Shown: positions 50,883 through 60,541, numbered from the stretch's first letter. The stretch is 64,000 bases of DNA from Myxococcota bacterium (GCA_041611735.1 JBFIML010000010.1:13027-77026), one strand, 5' to 3'. Notes: a model not told the origin generated them from the sequence alone. Translations and numbers: made by a program.

Positions 50883-53531
50883 ATGTCCCTCTCCGCCCGC
50901 GAGATCCGCGCCAACTTCCTGCGCTTCTTCCAGGAGCGGGGTCACACCGTGGTGCCGAGCGCGGGCCTCGTGCCCGCGGGCGACCCGACGCTCCTTTTCA
51001 CGAACGCCGGCATGGTGCCCTTCAAGCGCGTCTTCCTCGGAGAGGAGCCCCGGCCCTACTCGCGGGCCGCCAGCTCCCAGAAGTGCCTGCGTGTCTCCGG
51101 CAAGCACAACGACCTCGAGAACGTGGGCCGTACACCGCGCCACCACACCTTCTTCGAGATGCTCGGCAATTTCTCCTTCGGAGACTACTTCAAGCACGAG
51201 GCCATCGAGTACGCCTGGGAGCTCTTGACCGGGCGATTCGGCGTCGCCACCGAGCGGCTGGTGGCGACGGTCTTCCGCGAGGACGACGACGCCTGGCGAG
51301 TGTGGCGCGAGGAGATCGGACTGCCCGGACAGCGCCTGTTCCGCCTCGACGAGAAGGACAACTTCTGGTCGATGGGCGACACCGGGCCCTGCGGTCCCTG
51401 CTCCGAGATCCACTTCGACTTTGGACCGAATCCGCATTGCACCAGCGAGCCGTGCACGCCCGCCTGCGAGTGCGGACGCTTCCTGGAGATCTGGAACCTC
51501 GTCTTCATGCAGTACGACCGCGGCGAGCGCGGCACCCTGACACCCCTTCCCAAGCCGTGCGTGGACACGGGCGCCGGCCTGGAGCGGCTCGCGGCGGTGC
51601 TCCAGGGCGTGGGCTCGAATTATGAGACCGACCTCTTCCTGCCGATCCTGGCCCGCGTCCAGGAGCTGGCCGGCATCGCGCTCGGCGACGACCCGGAGAA
51701 GGATGTCTCCATGCGGGTCGTGGCGGACCATGCCCGCGCCGTGGCGTTCCTGATCGCGGACGGTGTCCTCCCCTCCAACGAGGGCCGTGGCTACGTGCTG
51801 CGCCGCATCCTGCGCCGGGCGGCGCGCCACGGCGTGCTGCTCGGGCTCGAGCGCCCCTTCCTCTACCTGGTGGCCGGCGTCGTGGTGGACGAGATGCGCG
51901 ATGCCTACCCGGAGCTCGAGGAGCGGCGAGCCTACCTGGGCGACCGGATCCTCCGCGAGGAGGAGCGCTTCCTCGAGACGCTCTCCAAGGGGCTCTCGCT
52001 TCTGGAGGAGGCAGTGCGCCAGGTCAAGGACCGGGGTGCGAAGATGCTGCCCGGTGAGGTCATCTTCCGCCTCTACGACACCTACGGCTTCCCCCTCGAC
52101 TTGACCGAGGACATCCTGCGCGGCGAGGGCCTCGGCATCGACCAGGCCGGCTTCGACGCCGCCATGAAGCGTCAGCGCGAGCGCGCCCGGGCCGCCTGGA
52201 AGGGAAGCGGCGCCGAGGGCGTCGAGGAGGTCTACGCCCAGCTGGCGGGACAGCTCGTGAGCACCTTCCGAGGCTACGAGACGCTGCGCACCCGCTCGGC
52301 GATCCGGGGGCTGCTCGTGGACGGACGGCCCGCGGAGACGGCCCGCCGTGGCGACCGTGTGGAGGTGATCGTCGAGGACACGCCCTTCTATGCCGAATCG
52401 GGTGGCCAGGTGGGCGACAAGGGTCGCATCGCCACGCCGGGCGGTCGCATCCGGGTGGAGGACACCCAGAAGCCGCTCGACGGCTTGATCGTCCACCGCG
52501 GGCAGGTGACCGAGGGGGAGGTGCGCCTGGACGATCCGGCCGAGCTCGAGGTGGAGGCTGGAGCGCGGGTGGGCGCGGTGCGCCACCATTCGGGCACCCA
52601 CCTGCTGCACGCGGCGCTGCGCGAGGTGCTCGGCCCCCAGGCGGTGCAGCGCGGCTCGCTGGTGGCGCCGGACCGCCTGCGCTTCGACTTCACCCACGAT
52701 GCACCCGTGACGCGCGAGGAGCTCGACCGCATCGAGGACCTGGTGAACGAGTGGATCGAGGAGAACGCGCCCGCGCGTGTGGAGCACATGCCGTATCGAG
52801 ACGCGATCGCCTCGGGCGCCATCGCCATGTTCGGCGAGAAGTACGCCGACGAGGTCCGCGTACTGACCTTTGGAGACTTCTCCCGTGAGCTGTGCGGGGG
52901 GACCCACGCGGCGGCCACCGGAGAGATCGGACTGCTCAAGATCGTGTCGGAGGGCGGCGTCGCCGCGGGCGTGCGGCGCGTGGAGGCCCTGGCGGGGCGC
53001 GATGCGCTGCTGCGCCTGCGCCAGCAGGAACGCATGCTCGAGCGGACGGCGGAGCTGCTGCGCACCCCGGTCGGCGAGCTCACGGACCGGGTGGAGAAGC
53101 TCCTGGAGGAGCGCCGCGCCCTGGAACGCGAGATCGAGCAGCTGCGGACGGCCCGGCGCGGGGAGGCGGCGGTCGACCTGGTGGCGGAAGCCCGGGAGGT
53201 GGCCGGCGTGCGGGTGCTCGCCACCCGGGTGGAGGGCGTCTCCAGCAAGGAGCTGCGTTCCCTGGTGGATGCCCTGCGCGACAAGCTGCGCAGCGGGGTC
53301 GTGCTGCTCGCCGCCGCCGAGGACGACAAGGTGAGTCTCGCCCTGGGCGTGACCCCGGACCTGCGCGACCGGCTGCGGGCCGGTGACCTGGTGCGCGAGG
53401 TGGCCGTGGTGGTGGGCGGCAAGGGCGGCGGGCGTCCGGATTTCGCCCAGGCCGGCGGGCGGGACCCCGGGAAGCTCGACGCGGCCTTCGACCGCCTGCG
53501 CGAGCTGGTGGAGCAGGCCGCCGCGCGATGA
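50883..53531 (+). CDS. alaS: alanine--tRNA ligase
   Basis: HHTFFEMLGNFSFGDYFK, WSMGDTGPCGPCSEIH, editing-domain HHSGTHLLH, C-terminal GGKGGGRPDFAQAGG. Confidence 0.97.
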   Translation: MSLSAREIRANFLRFFQERGHTVVPSAGLVPAGDPTLLFTNAGMVPFKRVFLGEEPRPYSRAASSQKCLRVSGKHNDLENVGRTPRHHTFFEMLGNFSFGDYFKHEAIEYAWELLTGRFGVATERLVATVFREDDDAWRVWREEIGLPGQRLFRLDEKDNFWSMGDTGPCGPCSEIHFDFGPNPHCTSEPCTPACECGRFLEIWNLVFMQYDRGERGTLTPLPKPCVDTGAGLERLAAVLQGVGSNYETDLFLPILARVQELAGIALGDDPEKDVSMRVVADHARAVAFLIADGVLPSNEGRGYVLRRILRRAARHGVLLGLERPFLYLVAGVVVDEMRDAYPELEERRAYLGDRILREEERFLETLSKGLSLLEEAVRQVKDRGAKMLPGEVIFRLYDTYGFPLDLTEDILRGEGLGIDQAGFDAAMKRQRERARAAWKGSGAEGVEEVYAQLAGQLVSTFRGYETLRTRSAIRGLLVDGRPAETARRGDRVEVIVEDTPFYAESGGQVGDKGRIATPGGRIRVEDTQKPLDGLIVHRGQVTEGEVRLDDPAELEVEAGARVGAVRHHSGTHLLHAALREVLGPQAVQRGSLVAPDRLRFDFTHDAPVTREELDRIEDLVNEWIEENAPARVEHMPYRDAIASGAIAMFGEKYADEVRVLTFGDFSRELCGGTHAAATGEIGLLKIVSEGGVAAGVRRVEALAGRDALLRLRQQERMLERTAELLRTPVGELTDRVEKLLEERRALEREIEQLRTARRGEAAVDLVAEAREVAGVRVLATRVEGVSSKELRSLVDALRDKLRSGVVLLAAAEDDKVSLALGVTPDLRDRLRAGDLVREVAVVVGGKGGGRPDFAQAGGRDPGKLDAAFDRLRELVEQAAAR

Positions 53532-55573
53532 CGCTTCCCTTCCCGGGTGACCCCTTCGCCGCGCGGCGGCGGAGAACCTGCCCGGTGCGCATCGGCAACG
53601 TGGGCGTGGGCGGGGACAATCCGCTGCGCGTCCAATCCATGACCACCACGAACACCCAGGACGTGGCCGCCACGTCGGCGCAGGTGGAGCGCCTGGTGGA
53701 GGCCGGCTGCGAGATCGTGCGCGTGACGGCCCCCTCGATCCGCGACGCCGAGGCCCTCGCCGGGATCCGGGCCGAGCTCGATCGGCGCGGTGTGCGGGTC
53801 CCCCTGGTGGCGGACATCCACTTCACGCCGAACGCCGCGCTGCGCGCGGCCGAGCTTGTCGAGAAGGTCCGCATCAACCCCGGAAACTACGCGGACAAGA
53901 AGAAGTTTGAGGTGCGCGAGTACTCGGATGCGCAGTGGGGCGCAGAGCTCGAGCGGGTGGCCGGGCGCTTCCGGCCCCTGGTGCGGCGCTGCAAGGAGCT
54001 CGGTCGTGCGCTGCGCATCGGCACCAACCACGGCTCGCTCTCGGACCGCGTGCTGAACCGCTACGGGGACACCCCCCTCGGCATGGTGGAGAGCGCCCTC
54101 GAGTTCCTCGACGTGTGCGAGGACGAAGGCTTCGGCGACGTCGTCTTCAGCATGAAGGCGAGCAATCCCCAGGTGGCGATCCAGGCCTACCGCCTGCTGG
54201 CGGCCCGGCTCGAGGAGCGGCGCCCCGGATCGCCCTCCTATCCCTTCCACGTGGGCGTCACCGAGGCGGGCGACGGCGAAGAGGGGCGCGTCAAGAGCGC
54301 GATCGGGATCGGTGCCCTGCTCGAGGACGGCATCGGCGACACGATCCGCGTCTCGCTCACGGAGGATCCGGTCAAGGAGGTGCCCGTGGCCCGCGCCCTG
54401 GCGCGACGCTACGAGGCACGCTGGGCCGAGCTCGCCGCCGCCGGCCCGGCACGGATCGATGTCGGTGCGCCCTTCGTGGACGACCCCTACGGCCACGCAC
54501 GCCGCGCGACCCGGGTCGTCGCCAGCGGGGCGGTCGAACTGGGCGGCGAGCAACCGGTGCGGGTCGAGCTCACCCTGGGGCCGGTCCCCGCGGAGCCCGA
54601 GGCGGCCGCCGGCGCCCTGGCGGAGGCCCTGGCCCGCCGCCCCGAGCTGGCCTGCGAGGGGCTTCGCCTCGCGGTCGACGATCCCGCCGGACTCGACGTG
54701 GCGGGCCGTCTGGCTGCCGGGCTCGCGGCTCTCGGCCTGCGCGTGCCGCTCCTGGGACGTCTTCCCCTGGCCCTGGCTGCCCGGGGACCGGGCGAGGTGC
54801 CGGGGCTCGTGCGCTGGATCCTTTCCGCCCGGGAGGGAGACCCCCGCCAGGAGCTGCGGGCGGCCGCGCGCGCTGCCGTGGCCGCGGGCGTCACCGTGGA
54901 GTGGTGCTTGACGGGTGCTCCATTCGGGATCGCCGCGGCCCTCGACGCCGTCCTGGCCGCCTCCCGCGAGGCGGGGCTCGCGACCTTCCTGGTCTCCGCC
55001 CGGAGCGCCCGTCCGGTCCACGCGGCGCGTGTGCTGACCGCGCGGCTGCGCGCGGCCGGGCGCGGCGAGATCCCCGTGGTGCTGCTGCCCGAGGCCGGCG
55101 TCCCTGGAGCAAGCCTCGACGCGACGGAGCTCCTCGCCCTCGCCATCGATCTCGGCGCTCCGCTGTGCGACGGGATCGGCGACGCCGTCGTGGTCCCCGC
55201 CGCGGGCGACCCGGCCCGGGCCCTGGCGGTGGCCTATCGCATCCTCCAGGGGGCGCGTCTGCGAACCACCTGGACCGAGTTCATCTCCTGCCCCTCCTGC
55301 GGCCGCACCCAGTTCGACCTCGAGCAGACCACCGCGCGCATCAAGGCCCGCACCGAGCACCTGAAGGGCGTGAAGATCGCCATCATGGGCTGCATCGTGA
55401 ACGGGCCAGGTGAGATGGCGGACGCGGACTTCGGCTACGTGGGCTCCGGGCCCGGGCTCGTGAACCTGTACGTGGGCCAGGCCTGCGTGGAGCGCCACGT
55501 GCCGGCCGACGAGGCGGACGACCGCCTCGTCGAGCTGATCCGCAAGCACGGCCACTGGGTGGAGCGGGGGTAG
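53528..55573 (+). CDS. ispG: 4-hydroxy-3-methylbut-2-enyl diphosphate synthase, long form with inserted A* domain
   Basis: The ATG overlaps the alaS stop. N-terminal TIM-barrel motifs (NPLRVQSMTTT, RINPGN, RIGTNHGSL, HVGVTEAG). C-terminal Fe-S domain (SCPSCGRT, GCIVNGPGE). The two are separated by a roughly 285-aa Ala/Leu/Arg-rich insert. Confidence 0.93.
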   Translation: MTLPFPGDPFAARRRRTCPVRIGNVGVGGDNPLRVQSMTTTNTQDVAATSAQVERLVEAGCEIVRVTAPSIRDAEALAGIRAELDRRGVRVPLVADIHFTPNAALRAAELVEKVRINPGNYADKKKFEVREYSDAQWGAELERVAGRFRPLVRRCKELGRALRIGTNHGSLSDRVLNRYGDTPLGMVESALEFLDVCEDEGFGDVVFSMKASNPQVAIQAYRLLAARLEERRPGSPSYPFHVGVTEAGDGEEGRVKSAIGIGALLEDGIGDTIRVSLTEDPVKEVPVARALARRYEARWAELAAAGPARIDVGAPFVDDPYGHARRATRVVASGAVELGGEQPVRVELTLGPVPAEPEAAAGALAEALARRPELACEGLRLAVDDPAGLDVAGRLAAGLAALGLRVPLLGRLPLALAARGPGEVPGLVRWILSAREGDPRQELRAAARAAVAAGVTVEWCLTGAPFGIAAALDAVLAASREAGLATFLVSARSARPVHAARVLTARLRAAGRGEIPVVLLPEAGVPGASLDATELLALAIDLGAPLCDGIGDAVVVPAAGDPARALAVAYRILQGARLRTTWTEFISCPSCGRTQFDLEQTTARIKARTEHLKGVKIAIMGCIVNGPGEMADADFGYVGSGPGLVNLYVGQACVERHVPADEADDRLVELIRKHGHWVERG

Positions 55574-56112
55574 CCCGGGTTCCGCACCAGGCTGGGTAGC
55601 GTGGCGCTGCGGAGGCGCGCGCCTTCCGGGTCGGGCGCGTGAGCTCCCGCCTCGGGTCGCCAGCCGACGAGCTCCTCGAGGCCCTCGAAGGCGGAGAGGC
55701 TGAGCGAGTCGGCCAGCAGCGGGTGGTCGCGCCCCACCACGACGATGGCCATGAGCAGCAGCAACGCCGCCGCCAGGGCACCCTCGGCGGCGCCCAGGCA
55801 ACCGCCCGCCAGCCGGTCCGCCAGGGCGAGGCCCGCGGCCCGCACCCCGCGCCGCACGAAGCGTCCGACCCCGGCCACCCCCGCCACGGTCCCGAGGACG
55901 AGAGCCAAACCCGCCACCACGTCCGCCGCCCAGTCGCCCAGCCCCGTGCGGCCCGCCAGCCAGCCGCTGGCCGGCCCGGTGAAGAGGACGGCCACGACGA
56001 CGGCGCTCCCGAGCGCGGCCACCGAGAAGACCTCGCGCACGAGTCCGATCCACAGCCCGCGCAGGGCGCCGAGCCCCACCAGGGCTGCCGCCACCAGGTC
56101 GACGACCGCCAC
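55435..56112 (-). CDS. cvpA: CvpA-family membrane protein
   Basis: GTG at 56112 sits 4-5 nt after GGAGGGG. It has the four hydrophobic helices typical of CvpA. The last roughly 75 aa are non-hydrophobic, and the final 46 aa run antisense through the ispG 3' end. Confidence 0.7.
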   Translation of the reverse strand: MAVVDLVAAALVGLGALRGLWIGLVREVFSVAALGSAVVVAVLFTGPASGWLAGRTGLGDWAADVVAGLALVLGTVAGVAGVGRFVRRGVRAAGLALADRLAGGCLGAAEGALAAALLLLMAIVVVGRDHPLLADSLSLSAFEGLEELVGWRPEAGAHAPDPEGARLRSATLPSLVRNPGYPRSTQWPCLRISSTRRSSASSAGTWRSTQAWPTYRFTSPGPEPT

Positions 56113-56217
56113 CCGTCCCCTCCGCCGGCAGTCTAGTGGATGGACTCCGGTCCGTGTCCTGGATGCCAGGAGCACTCGTTCCGGGAGGCGGCTGCGGGTC
56201 GCCTTCCCGAACGCCCC

Positions 56218-56667
56218 ATGATCGAGCTCACGCTCCCTTCGGTCCTCGACCGGAGCCCGGCGCCACGCGGCTGTCACGTGGCTTCGCTCTTCGTGCAGCA
56301 CGTGCCGGCCGATTGGACCGAGTCGGACTGGAGCGGACAGCGCGAGCCCTTCGCCGACCGCGTGCTCGAGCGGTTTGACGAGGTCGCGCCCGGCTTCCCG
56401 GCGAGCGTGTGCCACCGCGAGGTTCTGGCCCCACCCGATCTGGCACGTGTCTTCTCCCTCACGGGCGGCAACATCTTCCAAGGCGCCATGGCGCTGGACC
56501 GCTTGCTCTTCCTGCGTCCGCTCCCGGGCTGGGCGCGGTATCGCAGCCCCGTCGAGGGGCTCTGGCTGTGCGGGGCGGGTACCCATCCGGGTGGCGGCGT
56601 GATGGGCGCCTGCGGCCGCAACGCCGCGCGCGCGATCCTGCGGGCCCGGCGTCGCGGCCAGCGGTGA
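56218..56667 (+). pseudogene. C-terminal remnant of a phytoene desaturase (CrtI)-family FAD-dependent oxidoreductase
   Basis: IELTLPSVLDRSPAPRGCHVASLFVQHVP...FSLTGGNIFQGAMALDRLLFLRPLPGWARYRSPVEGLWLCGAGTHPGGGVMGACGRNAA matches only the last roughly 150 aa of the roughly 500-aa family. The Rossmann N-terminus is absent, and the divergent cvpA start lies about 100 nt upstream. Confidence 0.6.
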
Positions 56668-56678
56668 CGGCGCGCCGG

Positions 56679-57392
56679 TCAGGCCGTCGGCCGGCCCCCG
56701 CCCCGTACGAGCTGCAGGTACATGCGCGCGTCGTCCCGGGCAGGATCGCTCCGCAACACCGCGTGCCAGGCGGCCACGGCCCGGCCGTGTCGCCCGAGTG
56801 TCCACTCGGTGAGCCCGAGCTGGACGGCCGCATCCAGGTAGCGCGGATGGGCCCGGAGGATGCGCTGAAACTCTCGAATTGCCTGGTGGGGCAGCCCCGC
56901 TTCCCGCAGCGCAACGCCGAGACGCTGGCGCACGTCGTGGAAGTGGGGACAGCGGTCCAGGGCCTTGCGGTAGGCCTCGATCGCCTCGCCGAGCTCCTTC
57001 GCCTCCCGGTAGGCGTCGCCCAGGGAGGCCTGGAGGTTCGCGAGCTTCCCCCGCGTCACCGGATCCAGCGGCCCGTCGGCCCCGTTGCGTCCCGGGGGCG
57101 GCTCGGCCACCGCCTCGGCCCGGTCGAAGTCCCCCTGCTGCTCGTGGACCGCCACCAGCGCGAGCCGCGCCTCGGCGTAGCGCGGGTTGATGCGTAGCGC
57201 CTGCTCGAGGCTGCGCGCCGCGGGATCGAGGTCGCCGCGGTGCTCGTGGGCCAGGCCGATCAGATAGTGGACGTCCGCGAAGCCGGGGCGCGTCCGCACC
57301 AGGGGCTCCAGATGGGCAAGGGCCCCGTCCCAGTCGCCGTTCTCGAAGCTGCGTCGGCCGAGCGCAAAGGCCCGCCGCTCCTCGGTCGTCAT
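56679..57392 (-). CDS. tetratricopeptide repeat protein
   Basis: Multiple TPR units (e.g. YLIGLAHEHRGDLDPAARSLEQALRINPRYAEA). Confidence 0.8.
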   Translation of the reverse strand: MTTEERRAFALGRRSFENGDWDGALAHLEPLVRTRPGFADVHYLIGLAHEHRGDLDPAARSLEQALRINPRYAEARLALVAVHEQQGDFDRAEAVAEPPPGRNGADGPLDPVTRGKLANLQASLGDAYREAKELGEAIEAYRKALDRCPHFHDVRQRLGVALREAGLPHQAIREFQRILRAHPRYLDAAVQLGLTEWTLGRHGRAVAAWHAVLRSDPARDDARMYLQLVRGGGRPTA

Positions 57393-57413
57393 GAAACCCC
57401 TGAGCGGTTCCCG

Positions 57414-58196
57414 CTATTGCGCAGCCGGGACCAGGTCGGCGGCCGCCTTGGCGACTTCGCTGCCGCCATAGTTCTCGAGGATCACCTGGAAGATGCGCTG
57501 GGCCTCGTCGACGCGGTTCATGCGCGTGTAGCAGGTGCCGAGCTTGTAGAGCGCCTCCGCATCGAAGCCGAGACCCGGATACTCCTCGAGCAGGGCGCGG
57601 TAGCGCTCCGCCGCCGACGGGTACTCCTCGCGGGCCAGATAGAAATCCCCCACCTGCAACACGTGCTCCGCCAGCCTCGTGCGCAGCTCCTTCCAGAGGG
57701 CCTCGCCCTCGCTGGCGTGGGCCGAGTGCGGGTGCCGGCTCAGCAGACGGTCGAGCTGGTCCAGGGCTTGCCGGGTGGCGGTCTGGTCGCGCTCGGCGGA
57801 GCGGCTTCGTGCGTAGAAGCAATGCGCTGCCTGGTAGATCGCGTAGGGCACGCGCTCGTGCTCCGGATGCAGATCCGGGAAGTCGCGGTAGTACGAGAGG
57901 GCCTCCTCGTAGCGTTCCTGGACGTAGTAGGCGTCGGCGATGGCGAGCTCGGCGAGCACCGCCTGGTCGCTGTAGGGGTAGTTGTCGATGATGTCCTGGA
58001 AGAGCTGGATGGCCGCCGCGTGGTCCACGGTGCGGAAGAACAGGAAGGTGCGTTTGCCCTCCAGCACCTGGAGCGCCCGCCGGTGAAGCTCCTCGGCCGT
58101 GGGCAGCTCCGCGAGCTCGGGGTCGGGCTGCGTCGAGGCGCAGCCCGGGGCGGCGAGAGCCAGGGCGATCGCCGCGGTCACCAGTCGTCTCCGCAC
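57414..58196 (-). CDS. bamD: outer membrane protein assembly factor BamD
   Basis: GTG at 58196 sits 6 nt after GAAGGAGGG. Lipobox LALAAPGC|A. TPR-like YfiO pattern (DNYPYSDQAVLAELAIADAYY..., FYLAREEYPSAAERY). Confidence 0.85.
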   Translation of the reverse strand: MRRRLVTAAIALALAAPGCASTQPDPELAELPTAEELHRRALQVLEGKRTFLFFRTVDHAAAIQLFQDIIDNYPYSDQAVLAELAIADAYYVQERYEEALSYYRDFPDLHPEHERVPYAIYQAAHCFYARSRSAERDQTATRQALDQLDRLLSRHPHSAHASEGEALWKELRTRLAEHVLQVGDFYLAREEYPSAAERYRALLEEYPGLGFDAEALYKLGTCYTRMNRVDEAQRIFQVILENYGGSEVAKAAADLVPAAQ

Positions 58197-58225
58197 GGGC
58201 GGCCCTCCTTCTGCAACGGTGGCCG

Positions 58226-58255
58226 AAGCTACCCGACGGCGTCGAAAGGTGTCAA
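58226..58255 (-). promoter_or_regulatory. sigma70-type promoter candidate for bamD (TTGACA-N18-TAGCTT on the minus strand)
   Basis: The reverse complement of 58250-58255 is TTGACA and of 58226-58231 is TAGCTT. Lies in an unusually AT-rich patch. Confidence 0.35.
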
Positions 58256-58309
58256 TTTTGCTAGCTTTCCGTTTCCGAACCTGCCCCACCCGCGGGGAAG
58301 GAGGTCCCC

Positions 58310-58516
58310 ATGGTCCACGAGTCCCTGCGCAACCTGCGCTTCGATCGACGCCTCCTGCATCGGCGCGGCTGGGTCTCCCCCGACGAGCACGAGCGCGAGC
58401 TGGCCGCGCTTGCCGACGTCTCCGACAAGATCGCTCCGCCCGAGGAAGAATCCGAGGCGGAGGCGGAAGGCGACGCCGCCAGCGGGCAGGAGGCGGCGGA
58501 GAAGGCGGGCGCCTAG
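58310..58516 (+). CDS. small acidic hypothetical protein (68 aa)
   Basis: Strong SD GGAAGGAGG lies 5 nt before the ATG. G/C-rich third codon positions. No family recognised. Confidence 0.55.
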   Translation: MVHESLRNLRFDRRLLHRRGWVSPDEHERELAALADVSDKIAPPEEESEAEAEGDAASGQEAAEKAGA

Positions 58517-58537
58517 ACCCGCTTCAGGGACGGGCTC

Positions 58538-59155
58538 GTGATCAAGGCGAAGCTCGGCGACCGGCTCGACGGGTGGCTCCAGGCGGGCCTGCCCTTCCTG
58601 TTCCGGCACCCCGTCAATCCGAACTGGATCACGGTGCTGGGGACCCTCGTCTCCGGGGGGGCCGCCCTGGCCTTCGCCCTGGGCGCCTTCGCCTGGGCGG
58701 GCATCCTGATCGGTTTCGGAGGCCTGTTCGACCTTCTGGACGGTGTCCTGGCCCGTCACCACGGGCGCGCCACGGCCTTCGGGGCCTTCCTGGACTCGAC
58801 CCTGGACCGCCTGGTGGACATCGCCATCCTGGTCGGGATCATGACGCACTTCGCCGCACGCGGGGACCCCGCCACGGTGCTCCTGGCCGGGGTTGCCCTG
58901 GCCGCCAGCGTGCTCACCTCTTATGCCAAGGCGCGGGCAGAGCGCTTCGTCCCCGACCTGGGGGGCGGCTTCTTCGAGCGTGGCGAACGGCTGGCGGTGC
59001 TGGCTTTCGGCGGGATCTTGGGCTTTCTGGTGCCGGCCCTGTGGATCGTGGCCGTGCTCGGAGTCGTGACCGTGGGGCAACGTTTCGTGCTGGCCTATCG
59101 GGGAATGGCGCACCTGGACGCGACGGGTCGACGCCAGGTTGGGGAGCATCCGTAG
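58538..59155 (+). CDS. CDP-alcohol phosphatidyltransferase family protein
   Basis: Signature D-x2-DG-x2-AR-x8-G-x3-D-x3-D, seen as DLLDGVLARHHGRATAFGAFLDSTLDRLVD. Multi-pass membrane protein. Confidence 0.88.
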   Translation: MIKAKLGDRLDGWLQAGLPFLFRHPVNPNWITVLGTLVSGGAALAFALGAFAWAGILIGFGGLFDLLDGVLARHHGRATAFGAFLDSTLDRLVDIAILVGIMTHFAARGDPATVLLAGVALAASVLTSYAKARAERFVPDLGGGFFERGERLAVLAFGGILGFLVPALWIVAVLGVVTVGQRFVLAYRGMAHLDATGRRQVGEHP

Positions 59156-59156
59156 T

Positions 59157-59612
59157 ATGAGCGAGCAGGAGAAGGACGAGGACGCCGAGCGGGGCTTCGT
59201 CGTGATCGATCGACGCGGCCGGTCCGATGAGGAGGGCGACCAGGGGCGGGCCGAAGCGCCGCCGCGGGCCGCCCCTCCGCCTCCACGCACCGCCGCCCAC
59301 ACGGCGCCCAAGCCGCCCAGCGGCCCCGGCAAGGGGCCGGCCCACGGCCCGCTCCCGCCCCTCGACTTCGCGAGCTTCGTGCATTCGATCGCCATCTCGG
59401 CCCTCCATCAGCTCGGGCTCGTGGCGGATCCGGAGACCGGCCAGACGCCCGCGCCCGATCTCGAGATGGCGAGCCAGAACATCGACATCCTCCAGATGCT
59501 CCAGGAGAAGACGCGTGGGAACCTGGATGCGGAGGAGGGTCGGCTGCTCGAGAGCCTCCTCTACGAGCTGCGCATGCGTTACGTGGAGGTGAGGGGATCC
59601 GCGGGGCGGTGA
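59157..59612 (+). CDS. DUF1844 domain-containing protein
   Basis: FASFVHSIAISALHQLGL...NIDILQMLQEKTRGNL...LLYELRMRYVE is typical of DUF1844. Confidence 0.75.
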   Translation: MSEQEKDEDAERGFVVIDRRGRSDEEGDQGRAEAPPRAAPPPPRTAAHTAPKPPSGPGKGPAHGPLPPLDFASFVHSIAISALHQLGLVADPETGQTPAPDLEMASQNIDILQMLQEKTRGNLDAEEGRLLESLLYELRMRYVEVRGSAGR

Positions 59613-60541
59613 GTGCAGCGGGCGCCGCCGCCGCGGGCGCCACGCTGCTGAGCGCGCCGGCCAAGGTGAACCTCGGCCTGCGCGTGCTCGGCCGCCGGAC
59701 CGACGGCTATCACGAGATCGAGAGCCTCTTCGTCCCCGTGGACTGGACCGACGAGCTCGAGCTCGAGCTCGTGGCCGGCGGTACGGGGGTCGACTTCGCC
59801 CTGGCCGGCGACTGTGCGGGCGTGCCCGCCGATGCCCGCAACCTGGCGGCTCGGGCGGCCGCCGCCTTCCTGGCCGAGAGCCGGGTCCCCTACGGGGTGC
59901 GCCTGCGGCTGCACAAGCGGATCCCGGCCGGCGCCGGCCTCGGGGGCGGGTCGAGCGACGCCGGCTCCGTGCTCCGGGCCCTGGCGACCCGTCTGCCGGG
60001 GTACGTCCCGGAGCCGCGCCTGGCCCGCATCGCCTTGTCCCTGGGTGCGGACGTCCCGTTCTTCCTGGATCCCCGGCCCGCCCGGGTGACGGGCATCGGG
60101 GAGGGGATCGAGCCCCTGGAGGGGTTTCCCGCCCTGGTCTTCCTGCTCGCCACCCCCGGGCCGCCGCTGGCCACGGCGGCCGTCTACGCCGCCTTCGACC
60201 GGGACCCGGGTGCGTTGACGCTCGAGCACAAACGCCTTACTCTGCGCGCGCTTAGCGAGCTGTGGGGGCCCGGCGGGCGTCTGCGTGCCGAGGTCCTCGC
60301 CGGCCTCGTGGCGAACGACCTCGAGCCGGCGGCGCGACGGCTTCACCCGGCGATCGGCCCGCTCCTGGACGAGCTGCGGGCAGGGGGGGCGCTTGCCGTG
60401 GGCCTGTCCGGAAGCGGTCCGACGGTGTTCGGCGTGTTCGAGGAGGCCGCAGCCGCCGAACGGGGGCGGCTTGGGCTCGTCGCAGGGAGCCCGGAGCTGC
60501 GCGTGCGGGTCGCCGCGGCGCTCGCGCGGCCGACGACCTAG
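59609..60541 (+). CDS. ispE: 4-diphosphocytidyl-2-C-methyl-D-erythritol kinase
   Basis: The GTG overlaps the upstream stop (GTGA). [22 protein letters not shown], and GHMP motif [17 protein letters not shown]. Confidence 0.92.
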   Translation: MSAAGAAAAGATLLSAPAKVNLGLRVLGRRTDGYHEIESLFVPVDWTDELELELVAGGTGVDFALAGDCAGVPADARNLAARAAAAFLAESRVPYGVRLRLHKRIPAGAGLGGGSSDAGSVLRALATRLPGYVPEPRLARIALSLGADVPFFLDPRPARVTGIGEGIEPLEGFPALVFLLATPGPPLATAAVYAAFDRDPGALTLEHKRLTLRALSELWGPGGRLRAEVLAGLVANDLEPAARRLHPAIGPLLDELRAGGALAVGLSGSGPTVFGVFEEAAAAERGRLGLVAGSPELRVRVAAALARPTT

